Positions 11,701-20,505 of a stretch of 64,000 nt of DNA are shown in pieces. The position numbers were made by a program, and so were the translations under genes. The notes beneath the pieces are model-generated. The model was not told where the DNA came from and did not search any database. It saw nothing but the letters and a program-made list of their open reading frames with translations. The DNA is from Pseudomonadota bacterium (lineage in GTDB: Bacteria > Pseudomonadota > Alphaproteobacteria > Rhizobiales > Hyphomicrobiaceae), in the NCBI GenBank assembly GCA_023387235.1, contig JAEWIJ010000205.1, forward strand, positions 8,294 through 72,293. Direction: 5' to 3'. Position 1 is the stretch's first letter. Each line of letters opens with the position of its first letter.

Positions 11701-11989
11701 GATCGTCGTTACCGCGACGACGGGGCGTGAGGCTGTCGAGGCGCTCGACTCGAGCGGCGTTGCCATAGTGCTCATGGACATAATGATGCCCGAGATGGAC
11801 GGCTATCAGACCATTCGCGAAATCCGCAGCAGGGAGCATCACCGGCGACTTCCCATTATCGCTCTCACCGCAAGGGCCATGAAGGGCGACCGGGAGAAGT
11901 GCTTGGAAGCCGGAGCATCGGACTATCTCGCAAAGCCCGTGGATACCGATCAGCTGCTCGCCGCGCTGCGCATCTGGCTGCACAGGTGA
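5732..11989 (+). CDS. cytoplasmic poly-HAMP hybrid histidine kinase (HAMP array, GAF, HisKA, HATPase_c, three receiver domains), 2085 aa
   Basis: I see no TM segment. The 92-aa unit [13 protein letters not shown]+LGGQA...TWKDLTDxVN...[12 protein letters not shown]...[29 protein letters not shown] occurs 11 times. A GAF-like region follows, then the H-box [30 protein letters not shown] and REC domains ([10 protein letters not shown]; [10 protein letters not shown]; [10 protein letters not shown]). Confidence 0.92.
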   Translation: MGEPVDGVTAVGARFPHTGLVDLLAALQAVKDGDFSVRMPGDHAGIYGKVCDTLNEIVSANARMAHQLQTIGQVVGKDGQTRRRVRLGIASGAWGEMEHSVNALIDDLLWPTSEVTRSIEAVAQGNLLQTMRLEVDGRRLKGEFLRTATIVNTMIKQLSVFTSEVTRVAREVGTDGKLGGQAQVREVTGVWKDLTESVNSLASNLTAQVRNIAEVTIAVANGDLSKKITVDVRGEILQLKEAINTMVDQLRSFAAEVTRVAREVGTEGRLGGQAVVPGVGGTWKDLTDNVNLLAANLTTQVRNIAEVTTAVARGDLSRKITVDVRGEILELKDTINTMVDQLNGFASEVTRVAREVGTEGQLGGQATVPGVAGTWKDLTDNVNSMAGNLTGQVRNIAEVATAIANGDLSKQITVNVSGEMLQLKETINTMVDQLNGFASEVTRVAREVGTEGRLGGQADVRGAAGTWKDLTDNVNSMASNLTTQVRNIAEVSTAIATGDLSKKIDVDARGEVLELKETINTMVDQLNAFAGEVTRVAREVGTEGKLGGQATVRGVAGTWKDLTDNVNSMASNLTGQVRSIAEVATAVAQGDLSKKIAVNASGEILTLAQTFNTMVDQLNAFAAEVTRVAREVGTDGKLGGQAVVPGVAGTWKDLTDSVNSMAGNLTAQVRNIAEVATAIARGDLSSKITVDVQGEILQLKETLNTMVDQLNRFAGEVTRVAREVGTEGRLSGQANVPGVAGTWKDLTDSVNSMASNLTAQVRNIAEVTTAVARGDLSRKITVDVKGEILELKNTINTMVDQLNSFASEVTRVAREVGTEGKLGGQAAVPDVAGTWKDLTDSVNFMAGNLTAQVRNIAEVATAIASGDLSKKITVDVRGEILQLKETLNTMVEQLRSFAAEVTRVAREVGTEGRLGGQAVVPGVDGTWKDLTDNVNLLAANLTTQVRNIAEVTTAVARGDLSRKITVDVKGEILELKNTINTMVDQLNGFASEVTRVSREVGTEGRLGGQATVPGVAGTWKDLTDTVNVMAANLTEQVRGIVKVVTAVAEGDLKQRLTVQSKGEVAALADTINGMTETLAIFADQVTTVAREVGVEGRLGGQADVPGAAGTWKDLTGNVNLLAENLTNQVRAIAEVATAVTEGDLTRNIQVEARGEVAELKDYINSMIVNLRLTTERNTEQDWLKTNLARFTGMLQGQRDLETVGRTILSTLVPLVKAQQGVIYQISNTTRAKPLKLLAAYGNPVESGFPEELALGAGLIGQCAVDKQHILLSDVPHDTIRIDAGLIKAIPRSVAVLPVTFEGEIKAVISISSLNELEPIHLTFLEQLTSNIGIVLNSIEATMRTESLLAQSQTLATELQSQQRELQQTNDQLEVKAQQLAEQNVEVERKNLEIDLARRAVEEKAAELALTSRYKSEFLANMSHELRTPLNSILILSQQLTENPDGNLTERQVEFARTVLSAGSDLLTLISDILDLSKIESGTVTVEAEDISLNGLLETVARPFRHEAERRQLAFHVELDQALGKTINTDSKRIQQILKNLLSNAFKFTSEGSVRISVFLANGGPHAETSSFGSFPQVAFEVADTGIGIPLDKQKLIFEAFQQADASTSRKYGGTGLGLAISRELANLLGGEIQLRSEPGFGSTFTLYVPFRYAGPMGLDAIRYAVGTASAAAIEDVTEVEELPAPIADDRDGIGPGDDVILIVDDDPTFVQLLTEIARERQFKVLVASCGSDALALAFDYNPTAISLDAFLPDMMGWSVLGELKRNQLTRHIPVQIASVDEDRNYSLSRGAFGHVVKPSSFDELGRALDRLSAFARSDRRTLLIVESHQRDRDDLTELLAHDEVDILTARTGQEALARLRSEPVRCVILDLDLSDMTGFELIEQMSRSEDFLQVPAIVFTGNALTADDESRLRALARSNVVKGVESAERLLDEVALFLHLNIANLAADKQELLGRLHRSDEDIVGKTVLVVDDDARNIFALSSVLERRGMIVVTATTGREAVEALDSSGVAIVLMDIMMPEMDGYQTIREIRSREHHRRLPIIALTARAMKGDREKCLEAGASDYLAKPVDTDQLLAALRIWLHR
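6221..9256. repeat. in-frame tandem array, 11 units of 276 bp (92 codons, about two HAMP domains each)
   Basis: The unit anchor GAGGTGACGCGCGTC recurs at 6221, 6497, 6773, 7049, 7325, 7601, 7877, 8153, 8429, 8705 and 8981 (the last is diverged). Spacing is exactly 276 nt. Confidence 0.9.
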
Positions 11990-11993
11990 AATA

Positions 11994-13853
11994 ATGAATA
12001 CCCACCCGCGCGCCGCTATCCTCTTGGTCGACGACCAGCCAGGCAAGATCGTCACGTACAGGGCCATCCTGGAGGGCCTTGGAGAGACGCTGCTCTGTGC
12101 GCAGTCCGCACGAGAGGCTCTGGCCATACTCGTCAAGACGGAAGTCGCCGTCATCCTGATGGACGTGTGCCTGCCGGACATAGATGGCTTCGAGCTTGCC
12201 GCCATGATCAGGCAGCATCCTCGCCACGAGAAGACGGCCATTATCTTCGTTTCCGGCGTCCGTCTCAGCCAGGAGGACCTGGTCCGGGGATACACGATCG
12301 GCGCGGTGGACTATGTCCCGGTCCCGATCGAGCCCGAGATCCTGAAGGCCAAGATTCGCGTATTCGTCGACCTTCACACGAAGACGAAACTGTTGGGGTT
12401 GGTGAACGAGCGGCTCGAAGCGCGCGTCGCCGAGCGCACGCACGAGCTCGAAGTTACGAACGAGAAGCTCGCGCGGAGCGAGGAGCGCCTGCGGCTCGCT
12501 GCCGAGGCAGCTCAGTTCGCGAGCTACGAGTTCGATGTCGCCAAGAAGCAGTTCCGCTGGTCGCAGAACGCGCGCGACCTGCTGCAGCTCCCGTCGAGCG
12601 GGGCCGTATCGCTCGAAGACGTCATGAGACTGGTTCATCCTGACGATCGTCGGAGCCTCCTTCGCCGGTTTATCCGGGCCGATGACGCGGAGCATTCGCT
12701 CGAGACGGAATTCCGCCTCGCGGACAACACCTCGAAAGCCTCGTGGATGCTGGATCGAGGCAAGGTGGTCACCAACGGCGCCGGCAAGCCCTGGCGCATT
12801 GTCGGAACATTTCTCGACATCACCATGCGCAAGCAGGCGGAGGATCATCAGGCTCTGCTGATGGGCGAGCTGGATCACCGGGTGAAGAACATTCTGGCGA
12901 ATGTGCTTGCGATTGCGCGCCTTTCGAGCTCGGGCGCCACTTCCGTCGCTCCCTACGTATCGGCGCTGCAGGGGCGCCTGCAGTCGATGTCCGCGGCGCA
13001 CGATCTGCTGCGTCTGTGCGATTGGCGCGGCGCCGATCTCCACCAGTTGGTCTCGGTGACGCTGGAGCCGTTCAGCGTGGATGAGTCCAATCTGTCGGTC
13101 GAAGGCGAGCAACTCGTCCTGCCGGCGCGGACGGCGCAATCGTTGTCGCTCGTGCTGCACGAGCTGGCGACCAATGCCGTCAAGCACGGCGCGCTGTCGG
13201 TTGCCGCCGGACAGCTTTCGATATCGTGGCGCGCAAATCAGATCGAGGGTGATGGCTCTCGATTTGCATTCACCTGGAAGGAGACCGGCGGGCCACCCGT
13301 CACCAAGCCGAGCAGGAACGGCTTTGGCCTGACAGTGCTCAAGTCGGCGGCATCGGAGACAGGCGGCAGCGCGAAATTGAGCTTCGAGCCTGACGGCATC
13401 CGGTTCGCGTTCGAGAGATCGCTGGTGCCGACATCCGATCGACCCTTTCAGCTCAGACAGGATCCCAAGCCGGCGCGCCGCAGCGAGGGTGACGCGACGA
13501 GCCGTTGTGTGCTCGTCGTGGAAGACGAGCTCCTGATCGGTCTGCAGCTTGCGCAAGACCTGGAAGACGAGGGCTATCACGTTATTGGTCCCGCGAGCAC
13601 GATCGAGCAAGGCATCGAGCTCGTGAGAGAGGGCGGGATCGACTGCGCGCTGATCGATCTGCAACTCGGCGAGACCTTGAGCAGCCCCATCGCAAATCTT
13701 CTCCGCGAGAGGGCCATTCCCTTTGCGCTGACGACGGGCTTCGATGAGCAGCACCCGATCGACCGGGTTTTCGAAGGCGCTCCACGACTGAAGAAGCCTT
13801 ACGATGCGGGCGCTGTTCGAGAGCTGATCCGAAGCCTCGCCCGCGCAACATAG
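11994..13853 (+). CDS. REC-PAS-HWE/HisKA_2 histidine kinase-REC protein
   Basis: It starts 5 nt after the previous stop. N-terminal REC (ILLVDDQPGK...ILMDVCLPDIDGFEL), a PAS-like middle, an HWE/HisKA_2 H-box (ELDHRVKNILANVLAIARLS), HELATNAVKHGA, and a C-terminal REC (VLVVEDELLIG...ALIDLQLGE). Confidence 0.88.
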   Translation: MNTHPRAAILLVDDQPGKIVTYRAILEGLGETLLCAQSAREALAILVKTEVAVILMDVCLPDIDGFELAAMIRQHPRHEKTAIIFVSGVRLSQEDLVRGYTIGAVDYVPVPIEPEILKAKIRVFVDLHTKTKLLGLVNERLEARVAERTHELEVTNEKLARSEERLRLAAEAAQFASYEFDVAKKQFRWSQNARDLLQLPSSGAVSLEDVMRLVHPDDRRSLLRRFIRADDAEHSLETEFRLADNTSKASWMLDRGKVVTNGAGKPWRIVGTFLDITMRKQAEDHQALLMGELDHRVKNILANVLAIARLSSSGATSVAPYVSALQGRLQSMSAAHDLLRLCDWRGADLHQLVSVTLEPFSVDESNLSVEGEQLVLPARTAQSLSLVLHELATNAVKHGALSVAAGQLSISWRANQIEGDGSRFAFTWKETGGPPVTKPSRNGFGLTVLKSAASETGGSAKLSFEPDGIRFAFERSLVPTSDRPFQLRQDPKPARRSEGDATSRCVLVVEDELLIGLQLAQDLEDEGYHVIGPASTIEQGIELVREGGIDCALIDLQLGETLSSPIANLLRERAIPFALTTGFDEQHPIDRVFEGAPRLKKPYDAGAVRELIRSLARAT

Positions 13854-13925
13854 ATATCATCTGTGGCTTCTGTTGCTGCATGAAGCGGCGACCGACGTGA
13901 CAGCTGGTCCATTGTGCAGTGCAGT

Positions 13926-13950
13926 GGAACAAACCTCCGGTGCCCGCGTT
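13926..13950 (+). promoter_or_regulatory. sigma-EcfG-type promoter motif GGAAC-N16-CGTT
   Basis: GGAAC 13926-13930, a 16-nt spacer, CGTT 13947-13950. It lies 35 nt upstream of the ATG at 13985. Confidence 0.55.
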
Positions 13951-13984
13951 CGACTCCCTAGTCGCGACAAGGGACAGGGAGCGA

Positions 13985-15628
13985 ATGGATTTAGAATTCT
14001 GTCGCCGCAGACTCGCGTGGAAAGCAACCGGCGCGCCGAGGACGTGCGGCGCGATCTGCGCGAGCGGTCTTTTTCTGTTGTCGAGTTTCGGTGCGTGGTC
14101 CGGCGCCATCGGAGAGCCGCGTCCTGCAGGCGACATCGTCGCCCAATCCGAGCCCAAATCCGAGCAAGCCGCGACGGTCGCAGACGCGCCGGCGACGCTG
14201 ATGGAACGCGTTCGCAAGGAAGCGCGCGAACTCTCCTTTGCGCCTTACAAGCCCGTGGATGAGGTCGCGACATCGCTCGCCGACGACTACGATCAGTATC
14301 GGCGCCTGCGCTTCCAGCGCTCGCGCGCCTTATGGCACCGCCAGCCACCGGGTCTCGAGCTGCATGGACTGCCGCTCGGCTGGCTATTCAAGCGCCCTAT
14401 CGAACTCTACGCCGTCGAGGACGGGCAGCCGCGGCCCGTGCAATTCACCGGCGCCGACTTCCTCGATGAGCGCGAGGTCTCGGCCAACGAGCGGCTCGGC
14501 GCCGTGCAGGTGCCGCTCTCAGGCTTTCGGATCGCCGGTCCGCTCAACGGCGTCGACAAGGCCGACGAGATCATCGTGTTCCAGGGCGCAAGCTATTTCC
14601 GTGCCCTCGGTCGCGGCCACACTTATGGCCTGTCGGCGCGCGGCTTGGCGATCGCAACCGCGAGCAACAAGGGCGAAGAGTTTCCGTCATTCCGGAAATT
14701 CTGGGTCGAGAAGCCATCGGATCGCGCGCGGCACATCGTCATCCACGCGCTGCTCGATAGTCCCTCGACGACCGGCGCCTACACCATGACGGTGCACCCT
14801 GGTGCGGAGACGATCGTCGACGTGAATGCGGTACTCTATCCGCGGCGCGCTCTCGGCGAGGTCGGCATCGCTCCCCTCACCAGCATGTTTCTGGTCGGGC
14901 CGGTGAACCCGGTGCGGGTGCGCGACTTCCGCCCGCGCGTGCACGATTCGGACGGCCTCGCGATCATGACCGGTTATGGCGAGCGCATCTGGCGCCCGCT
15001 CACCAATCCGAGCAAGCTTCAGGTCAGTGCATTCGTCGACAACAATCCGCGCGGCTTCGGCCTCATGCAACGACGGCGCAACTTCGCCGACTATCAGGAT
15101 CTGGAAGCGCGATACGAGCAGCGTCCGAGCCTTTGGGTCGAGTTCGATGGCGATGTCGGCGCGGGCAGCATCTTTCTCGTCGAGCTGCCGACCGCGGAAG
15201 AGATCCACGACAATATCGTTGCCTTCTGGCGTCCGACGACCGGCCCCGAGAAGGCGCGCGAGCATCAGTTGCGCTATCGCCTGCGCTGGCGCGACGACGC
15301 ACCGACGCAGTACGCAGGGCCATGGGTGCACGATACGCGCATTGGTCGCGCCTATCACGGCGCGCCCGAAGGCAGTCTCATGTTCGTCGTCGACTACCTC
15401 GATCGTGAGCCTTTCGGCGAGCAGAAGACGCCCGTCGCCGAAGCCACAGCCTCCGAGGGCGCGATCAGCAATCTCGTCACGCAGCGAAATCCGGAGACGG
15501 GCGGCCTGCGCGTAAGCTTCATCTTCGATCCAAAGGGCAAGGAACTCGCCGAGCTCCGGCTGAACCTTGCGGATTGGAATGGCCGCGTTCCCGAGACTTG
15601 GCTCTACCGATGGACGAGCGGCAAATGA
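13985..15628 (+). CDS. opgG: periplasmic glucan biosynthesis protein, MdoG/OpgG/OpgD family
   Basis: ORF 13919..15628; I prefer the ATG at 13985 (GGGAG RBS, then MDLEFCRRRLAWK..., a possible Tat-like leader). The protein is long and family-typical, and it is followed by opgH with an ATGA overlap. Confidence 0.85.
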   Translation: MDLEFCRRRLAWKATGAPRTCGAICASGLFLLSSFGAWSGAIGEPRPAGDIVAQSEPKSEQAATVADAPATLMERVRKEARELSFAPYKPVDEVATSLADDYDQYRRLRFQRSRALWHRQPPGLELHGLPLGWLFKRPIELYAVEDGQPRPVQFTGADFLDEREVSANERLGAVQVPLSGFRIAGPLNGVDKADEIIVFQGASYFRALGRGHTYGLSARGLAIATASNKGEEFPSFRKFWVEKPSDRARHIVIHALLDSPSTTGAYTMTVHPGAETIVDVNAVLYPRRALGEVGIAPLTSMFLVGPVNPVRVRDFRPRVHDSDGLAIMTGYGERIWRPLTNPSKLQVSAFVDNNPRGFGLMQRRRNFADYQDLEARYEQRPSLWVEFDGDVGAGSIFLVELPTAEEIHDNIVAFWRPTTGPEKAREHQLRYRLRWRDDAPTQYAGPWVHDTRIGRAYHGAPEGSLMFVVDYLDREPFGEQKTPVAEATASEGAISNLVTQRNPETGGLRVSFIFDPKGKELAELRLNLADWNGRVPETWLYRWTSGK

Positions 15629-17475
15629 AATCTCGCCGCCGCCGGCGGGACAGGTGGCATGCCCGGCCGCCGATCGAGGCGCGACCGGCGGAGATGAACG
15701 CGCAGGATCTCTGGTCGCACCCGGACGCGCCGGCACCTGAGCGTCACGTCGTTCGCGAGCCCGATGTCTCGCGATACGTAGGTCTCGTTCTCCTGATTGC
15801 CACGCTTGGGGCTAGCACGGCCTTCGCCGTCGGCCTCTACAAGGCGCTCGCGTTGCACAACGGCGGCACGCCGCTGCATTATCTGTTCCTCGCGATCTCG
15901 ACGCTGTCGTTCTCCTGGATTGCCTTTGGCGCCGCGAATGCCGCGATCGGCGCGTGCGCACTGCTTGCCGGCACGCAGGGCAATTCCATCGAGCCGGCGC
16001 CTGCCGTCGTTCCCGCCGGCGTACGCGCCGCTCTCCTGTTCCCCGTGTATCACGAGGACCCCGCCGCGATCGCCGACTACATCCGCCACATCGTTGGCGA
16101 GCTCGAAGGATCAGGCGCGCTCGATCGGTTCGCCATATTCGTCCTCAGCGATAGCCAGACCGAGAAGGACCGGAAAGCAGAGCGCAAGACATTCACGGCG
16201 CTCGCGGACGACATCGGTGACAAGGTGACATTCGCCTACCGCAACAGGCCCGACAACGTCGGCAAGAAAGCCGGAAACATTGCAGACTGGGTCCGCACGC
16301 ACGGCGGCGCGTACGGCTACTTCATCGTCTTCGATGCCGATAGCGTCATGTCGGCCGACACGCTCATGCGCCTCGTCGCGACCATGGAGGCGCATCCCGA
16401 CACCGCGCTCATTCAGACCGTGCCGCGTCTCGCGCGCGGTGCCACGGCATTCTCGCGCCTGCAGGCGTTCGCAAACAATGTCTTCGGACCGCTGAGTGCC
16501 GCCGGGCTCGCGGCTTGGCAGGGGGCCTCGGGCAACTACTGGGGACACAACGCGATCATCCGCACGCGCGCGTTCGCCGAGAGCGCCGGACTGCCGAGTC
16601 TTTCTGGCGAAGCGCCGTGGGGTGGGCATATCCAGAGTCACGATTTCGTCGAGGCGGCATTGCTGCGGCGCGCGGGCTGGCGCGTCGCGCTGATCACGAG
16701 TCTGGAAGGTACGTACGAGCAATGCCCGCCGACGTTCGTGGAAATGGCGGTGCGGGATCGTCGATGGATGCAAGGCAACCTGCAACACGCCCGTATTCTC
16801 GGTGCGCGGGGGCTGACCCTCGTCAGCCGGGTTCACCTCGGCATGGGCATCGCGAGCTACGTGTCATCGGCTTTGTGGCTGCTTGTCATTCTCGTCGGTC
16901 TTTGGCTGACGTGGATCGAGCAGCAGCGGGTCGTCAGCTACTTCGACAGCACGAGATCCTTGTTTCCGAACTGGCCCACCTACGACCCGGCGGCGGCGCT
17001 CGATCTGCTCGTCGCGACAATGGCTGTCGTCTTTCTTCCGAAGCTGCTCGGGCTCGGATATGCGCTCGGCAAAGCGCTGCGCGATGTCCATCCACTTCGC
17101 AGCGCGGGCCGGCTTCTCGGCTTATGGTCGCTCGAGCTTTTCCATAGCGTGCTGCTGGCGCCGGTGACGATGCTGAACCACGCGCGCGCGCTGATGCAGA
17201 TTCTATTGCGGCAGGACGCCGGCTGGAAGCCGCAAACCCGGACCGGCACGGTCATCGATCTGGTCGACGCTTTCAGATTTCATCTCGCGCACGTCGTTGT
17301 CGGCGCGCTGCTGTCGATCGCGGCCGCATCCATTGCGTGGCACGCGCTGCTCTGGCTGCTGCCCGTCGTTCTCGGGCTCCTGCTCTCGCCGATCGTCACG
17401 TGGCTGACCTCGCACCGGCTGGACGTCGGTGCTCAGGAACCCGCCCACGCCTATGCGGCTAGCTCAACGGAATGA
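15625..17475 (+). CDS. opgH: glucans biosynthesis glucosyltransferase H (GT2, multi-TM)
   Basis: Motifs FDADSVMSADTL, GHNAIIRTRAF, QSHDFVEAALLRRAGW, RDRRWMQGNLQH. The ATG at 15625 overlaps the opgG stop (ATGA); the longer ORF start is at 15574. Confidence 0.88.
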   Translation: MKSRRRRRDRWHARPPIEARPAEMNAQDLWSHPDAPAPERHVVREPDVSRYVGLVLLIATLGASTAFAVGLYKALALHNGGTPLHYLFLAISTLSFSWIAFGAANAAIGACALLAGTQGNSIEPAPAVVPAGVRAALLFPVYHEDPAAIADYIRHIVGELEGSGALDRFAIFVLSDSQTEKDRKAERKTFTALADDIGDKVTFAYRNRPDNVGKKAGNIADWVRTHGGAYGYFIVFDADSVMSADTLMRLVATMEAHPDTALIQTVPRLARGATAFSRLQAFANNVFGPLSAAGLAAWQGASGNYWGHNAIIRTRAFAESAGLPSLSGEAPWGGHIQSHDFVEAALLRRAGWRVALITSLEGTYEQCPPTFVEMAVRDRRWMQGNLQHARILGARGLTLVSRVHLGMGIASYVSSALWLLVILVGLWLTWIEQQRVVSYFDSTRSLFPNWPTYDPAAALDLLVATMAVVFLPKLLGLGYALGKALRDVHPLRSAGRLLGLWSLELFHSVLLAPVTMLNHARALMQILLRQDAGWKPQTRTGTVIDLVDAFRFHLAHVVVGALLSIAAASIAWHALLWLLPVVLGLLLSPIVTWLTSHRLDVGAQEPAHAYAASSTE

Positions 17476-17773
17476 GCTCATCGGCATCGGCGACGGAGAA
17501 GCGGGAAGCCGTCATGCTGGCAACCTGCCGCACCAGAACCGGCAGCCACAACCGTTCGAGATCGCTGTTGCGATGCTCCTCGAGCGCACGCTCGTCCGCG
17601 TACTCTTCGTGGATCGTGAATGAAAGAGCGTCTGTCGGCGAGCGCAGATAGGTCATGAACGTGCAGCCCGGCTCGCTGGAGACGACATCGGCGACATAGC
17701 CCTGCAGAAGTGCCTCGAATCTCTCGCCGCAACCTTCCTTCGCCCGCACCTTGCGGTAGAACCCAATAGCCAT
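17459..17773 (-). CDS. antibiotic-biosynthesis-monooxygenase (ABM) domain protein
   Basis: MAIGFYRKVRAKEG...FTIHEEYADERALEEHRNSD; the size and pattern are typical of ABM. It converges on the end of opgH with a 17-nt overlap. Confidence 0.7.
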   Translation of the reverse strand: MAIGFYRKVRAKEGCGERFEALLQGYVADVVSSEPGCTFMTYLRSPTDALSFTIHEEYADERALEEHRNSDLERLWLPVLVRQVASMTASRFSVADADELIPLS

Positions 17774-18045
17774 GGTAACCCCCGTGACTTGAAAGGCACA
17801 AGCCTCCACGTCGATGCTGAGTGTTACATCGTGCCTATACGCTGTCCAAGGGTGTTGTGCCTGTTTTCCAGGCGATCACGCCACCCCTGTCGCGGAAATA
17901 TCCTTCATCGAAATATCGGGTCATCAGATTGTCCGTGTAGACGATGACGGCCTCCGCAGCCGATAGTCGCCTGCGGCAAGGAACGGCTCGAAGCATCCTG
18001 GAGTTGACCGCATGTCCAACTGGGAAACAACCAGCGAGGCCGGCA

Positions 18046-18498
18046 ATGCACGCCAAGTTGCTTCACGAGATTGATGGAAAGCGAACATTCGCCGTCGTGC
18101 TCAAGGCCGGCGACGAGGCGATGTCGTGCCTGGAAGACTTTGCCAGGTCGCAAAGCATCGGCGGTGCGCAGATCACGGCAATAGGCGCCTTCAGCTCGGC
18201 CGAGCTCGCCTTCTTCGACTGGGAGAGCAAGAAGTACCTGCCGATCAATGTCGACGAGCAGGTGGAGGTCGCGTCCTTGCTCGGCGACATCGCGCTCGGC
18301 CCCGACCAGAAGCCGGCCGTGCACGTTCATGCGGTTTTATCCGGCCGGACAGGGACGGCGCGGGCAGGGCATCTCATGAAAGGTCATGTCCGCCCGACCT
18401 TGGAGATTATCGTCACGGAGACGCCTGAGCATCTCGCGAAGGTCAAGGATGCCGCGAGCGGTCTGGCGCTGATCGATCTCGCAAAGAGTACGTCCTGA
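18046..18498 (+). CDS. PPC (DUF296) domain protein
   Basis: The ATG at 18046 follows a GAGG RBS. MHAKLLHEIDGKRTFAVVLKAGDEAMSCLEDFARSQSIGGAQITAIGAF...VHVHAVL matches the PPC/DUF296 pattern. Confidence 0.75.
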   Translation: MHAKLLHEIDGKRTFAVVLKAGDEAMSCLEDFARSQSIGGAQITAIGAFSSAELAFFDWESKKYLPINVDEQVEVASLLGDIALGPDQKPAVHVHAVLSGRTGTARAGHLMKGHVRPTLEIIVTETPEHLAKVKDAASGLALIDLAKSTS

Positions 18499-18519
18499 TC
18501 CGCCGAGCGTGAGGCCGCG

Positions 18520-18663
18520 ATGATCGAGAGCAAGTACACGAAACGAGGCGAGATTCTCAGACGAACGCACGTCGTTTCCGAATGGCTTCCCATTTTGGTC
18601 TCGACAATCGCGGGCGTCGTCATCGTCCTGTTGCTGGCACTGATCTCGACGGAGATCGGCTGA
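18520..18663 (+). CDS. possible 47-aa single-TM miniprotein (below the ORF-track cutoff)
   Basis: GAGG lies 6 nt upstream of the ATG. The sequence is MIESKYTKRGEILRRTHVVSEWLPILVSTIAGVVIVLLLALISTEIG, with GC-rich third positions like the host genes. Confidence 0.4.
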   Translation: MIESKYTKRGEILRRTHVVSEWLPILVSTIAGVVIVLLLALISTEIG

Positions 18664-18723
18664 CGGCCAATCTCGTACCCTCGCCGACCACGAAAGCAGT
18701 TGAGCTTCGCGCCGCTGCCGCGA

Positions 18724-20505
18724 TCACGCGCGCAGCAGCTCGCGATAGAGACCAGAACGGCCGGCGAGCTCTTCGGACGAGCCATCCTGCAGCAGACGCC
18801 CGCCGCCGACGACCAGAATGCGGTCGAACTGGCGGACGGTCGAGATGCGGTGGGCGATGGCGATCACCGTCCGGCCCTTCATCAGGCGCGCAAGGGCCTC
18901 GCGGATGGCCTCCTCGGATTTCGTATCGAGGGCGGACGTCGCTTCATCGAGCAGGAGAAGTGGCGCATCCTTGAGGAACGCGCGCGCGAGCGCAATGCGT
19001 TGGCGCTGGCCGCCTGAAAGGCGCGTGCCGCGATCGCCGACGAGCGTATCAAGGCCTTTCGGCAGGTCGTCGATGAAGTCGCAGCGCGCCGCGGCCGCCG
19101 CCTCACGGACCTGCTTGTCGGAAGCGTCGGGCCGCGCGTATCGAATGTTCTCCTTGAGCGAGCGATGGAAAAGAGACGTGTCCTGCGGCACGACGGCTAT
19201 GGCCTCGCGCAGGCTCTGCTGAGTGACCGTCGTGATATCCTGCCCGCCAATGAGAATGCGGCCGCTCTCGACGTCGTAGAAGCGCTGCAGCAGCGCGAAG
19301 ATCGTGCTTTTGCCGCCGCCGGAAGGGCCGACGAGGCCTATTTTCTGGCCGGCCTTGATTTCGAGATCCAAACCTTCGAAGAGCTGCGGGCCTTCGGGGT
19401 AGGCAAAGCCCACACGCTCGAAGCGGACGCTGATGCCACCGGGCGAGAGGGGGCGCGCCGCGGGATGATCGCGCATTTCGTGCGGCACGAGCAGCTTCTG
19501 CAGGGCTTCGGAGAAGCGCGCGGTGTGTTGCGTTACGTCGACGAGGGCGATGGCGAGATCGCGCGTCGCATGAAGAACGGACAGGCCGAGCGTACAGACC
19601 AGGATGACGTCGCCAGTGGTCGCCTTGCCGATCTGCCAGAGCAGGATGGCCCAGGCGAGGAGCGCGATGGTCAGGACAACGGTTACGATCGCATGTGCGA
19701 TGCGCAGGTACTCGAGGTAGCGCAGGCTCCGCTCGCGCGCGGCCATCTCCCGCTTTACAGTCGCATCGAACCGACGATGCTCACGCGTCATGCCGCCGAA
19801 GGCCTTCACGATGGTCACATTGCCGACGACATCGGTGAGCTCACCGTCGACGGTCGCGGCCCGATGTGCGAAAGTGTGATGCAGCGTCGTCCCGGCGGCC
19901 GCCTTGTAGAACATGATGACGATCATGAAGCCGGCGACGATGATCAGCGAGGCCGCCATCCAGATGCTCACCGTCCCGACGAGCAGGATCGCACAGAACG
20001 TGGCGAGGCACGGCGGCAGCACGTTCCAGGCGAGCATGTTCTCGACGGTGAACATCGCCTGTGACGTTGCGCTGACGCGGGACGTCAGCGTGCCGGGTGA
20101 GGACGCGGCGAAATAGCTCGGCGCATGCCCCATCAGATGGCGAAAGAGATCACGCCGGACGTCACCGGTGACCTTTACGAACGTGCTGTTGGCAATCCAG
20201 CTCGCGACGCGCCAGAGAAGATTGTCACCGGCAATGAGCGCGACGAGCAGACCGAAGGCCGTCCACACGCCGACCAGTGCGGCCGTAGGATTGGACAGGG
20301 CATCGACGAGCACCTTGACGGCATACTGCGTGAGAATAGAGCACAGCACCGCCGCCACCACCGCCGCGAGAATGGCGGCGTGAGCCTTCCGCCGCCCGAG
20401 TGCGTAGCGCATGAAGAAGGACGCGGGCCGACCGGCGTAGCCTGCAAGATCGTCCGCGGTCGTGGCTCCTGTGGTTTGCTGCATGTGCAAACGGTGCTCC
20501 ATCAT
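18724..20505 (-). CDS. ABC exporter, fused permease and ATPase (MsbA-like half transporter)
   Basis: Six-TM N-terminal half, Walker A GPSGGGKST, signature LSGGQRQRIALARA, Walker B LLLLDEATSALD. Confidence 0.9.
   Translation of the reverse strand: MMEHRLHMQQTTGATTADDLAGYAGRPASFFMRYALGRRKAHAAILAAVVAAVLCSILTQYAVKVLVDALSNPTAALVGVWTAFGLLVALIAGDNLLWRVASWIANSTFVKVTGDVRRDLFRHLMGHAPSYFAASSPGTLTSRVSATSQAMFTVENMLAWNVLPPCLATFCAILLVGTVSIWMAASLIIVAGFMIVIMFYKAAAGTTLHHTFAHRAATVDGELTDVVGNVTIVKAFGGMTREHRRFDATVKREMAARERSLRYLEYLRIAHAIVTVVLTIALLAWAILLWQIGKATTGDVILVCTLGLSVLHATRDLAIALVDVTQHTARFSEALQKLLVPHEMRDHPAARPLSPGGISVRFERVGFAYPEGPQLFEGLDLEIKAGQKIGLVGPSGGGKSTIFALLQRFYDVESGRILIGGQDITTVTQQSLREAIAVVPQDTSLFHRSLKENIRYARPDASDKQVREAAAAARCDFIDDLPKGLDTLVGDRGTRLSGGQRQRIALARAFLKDAPLLLLDEATSALDTKSEEAIREALARLMKGRTVIAIAHRISTVRQFDRILVVGGGRLLQDGSSEELAGRSGLYRELLRA

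Noticed and set aside
10736-13754. 519-aa and 629-aa minus-strand ORFs
   Set aside because: They are antisense to the hybrid kinase and the HWE kinase genes. Their composition is typical of GC-rich antisense frames, and no domains are seen.
17835-18056. 73-aa minus-strand ORF between the ABM and PPC genes
   Set aside because: It overlaps the PPC gene start and its promoter region. It has no RBS and poor composition. The space is better explained as a divergent promoter region.
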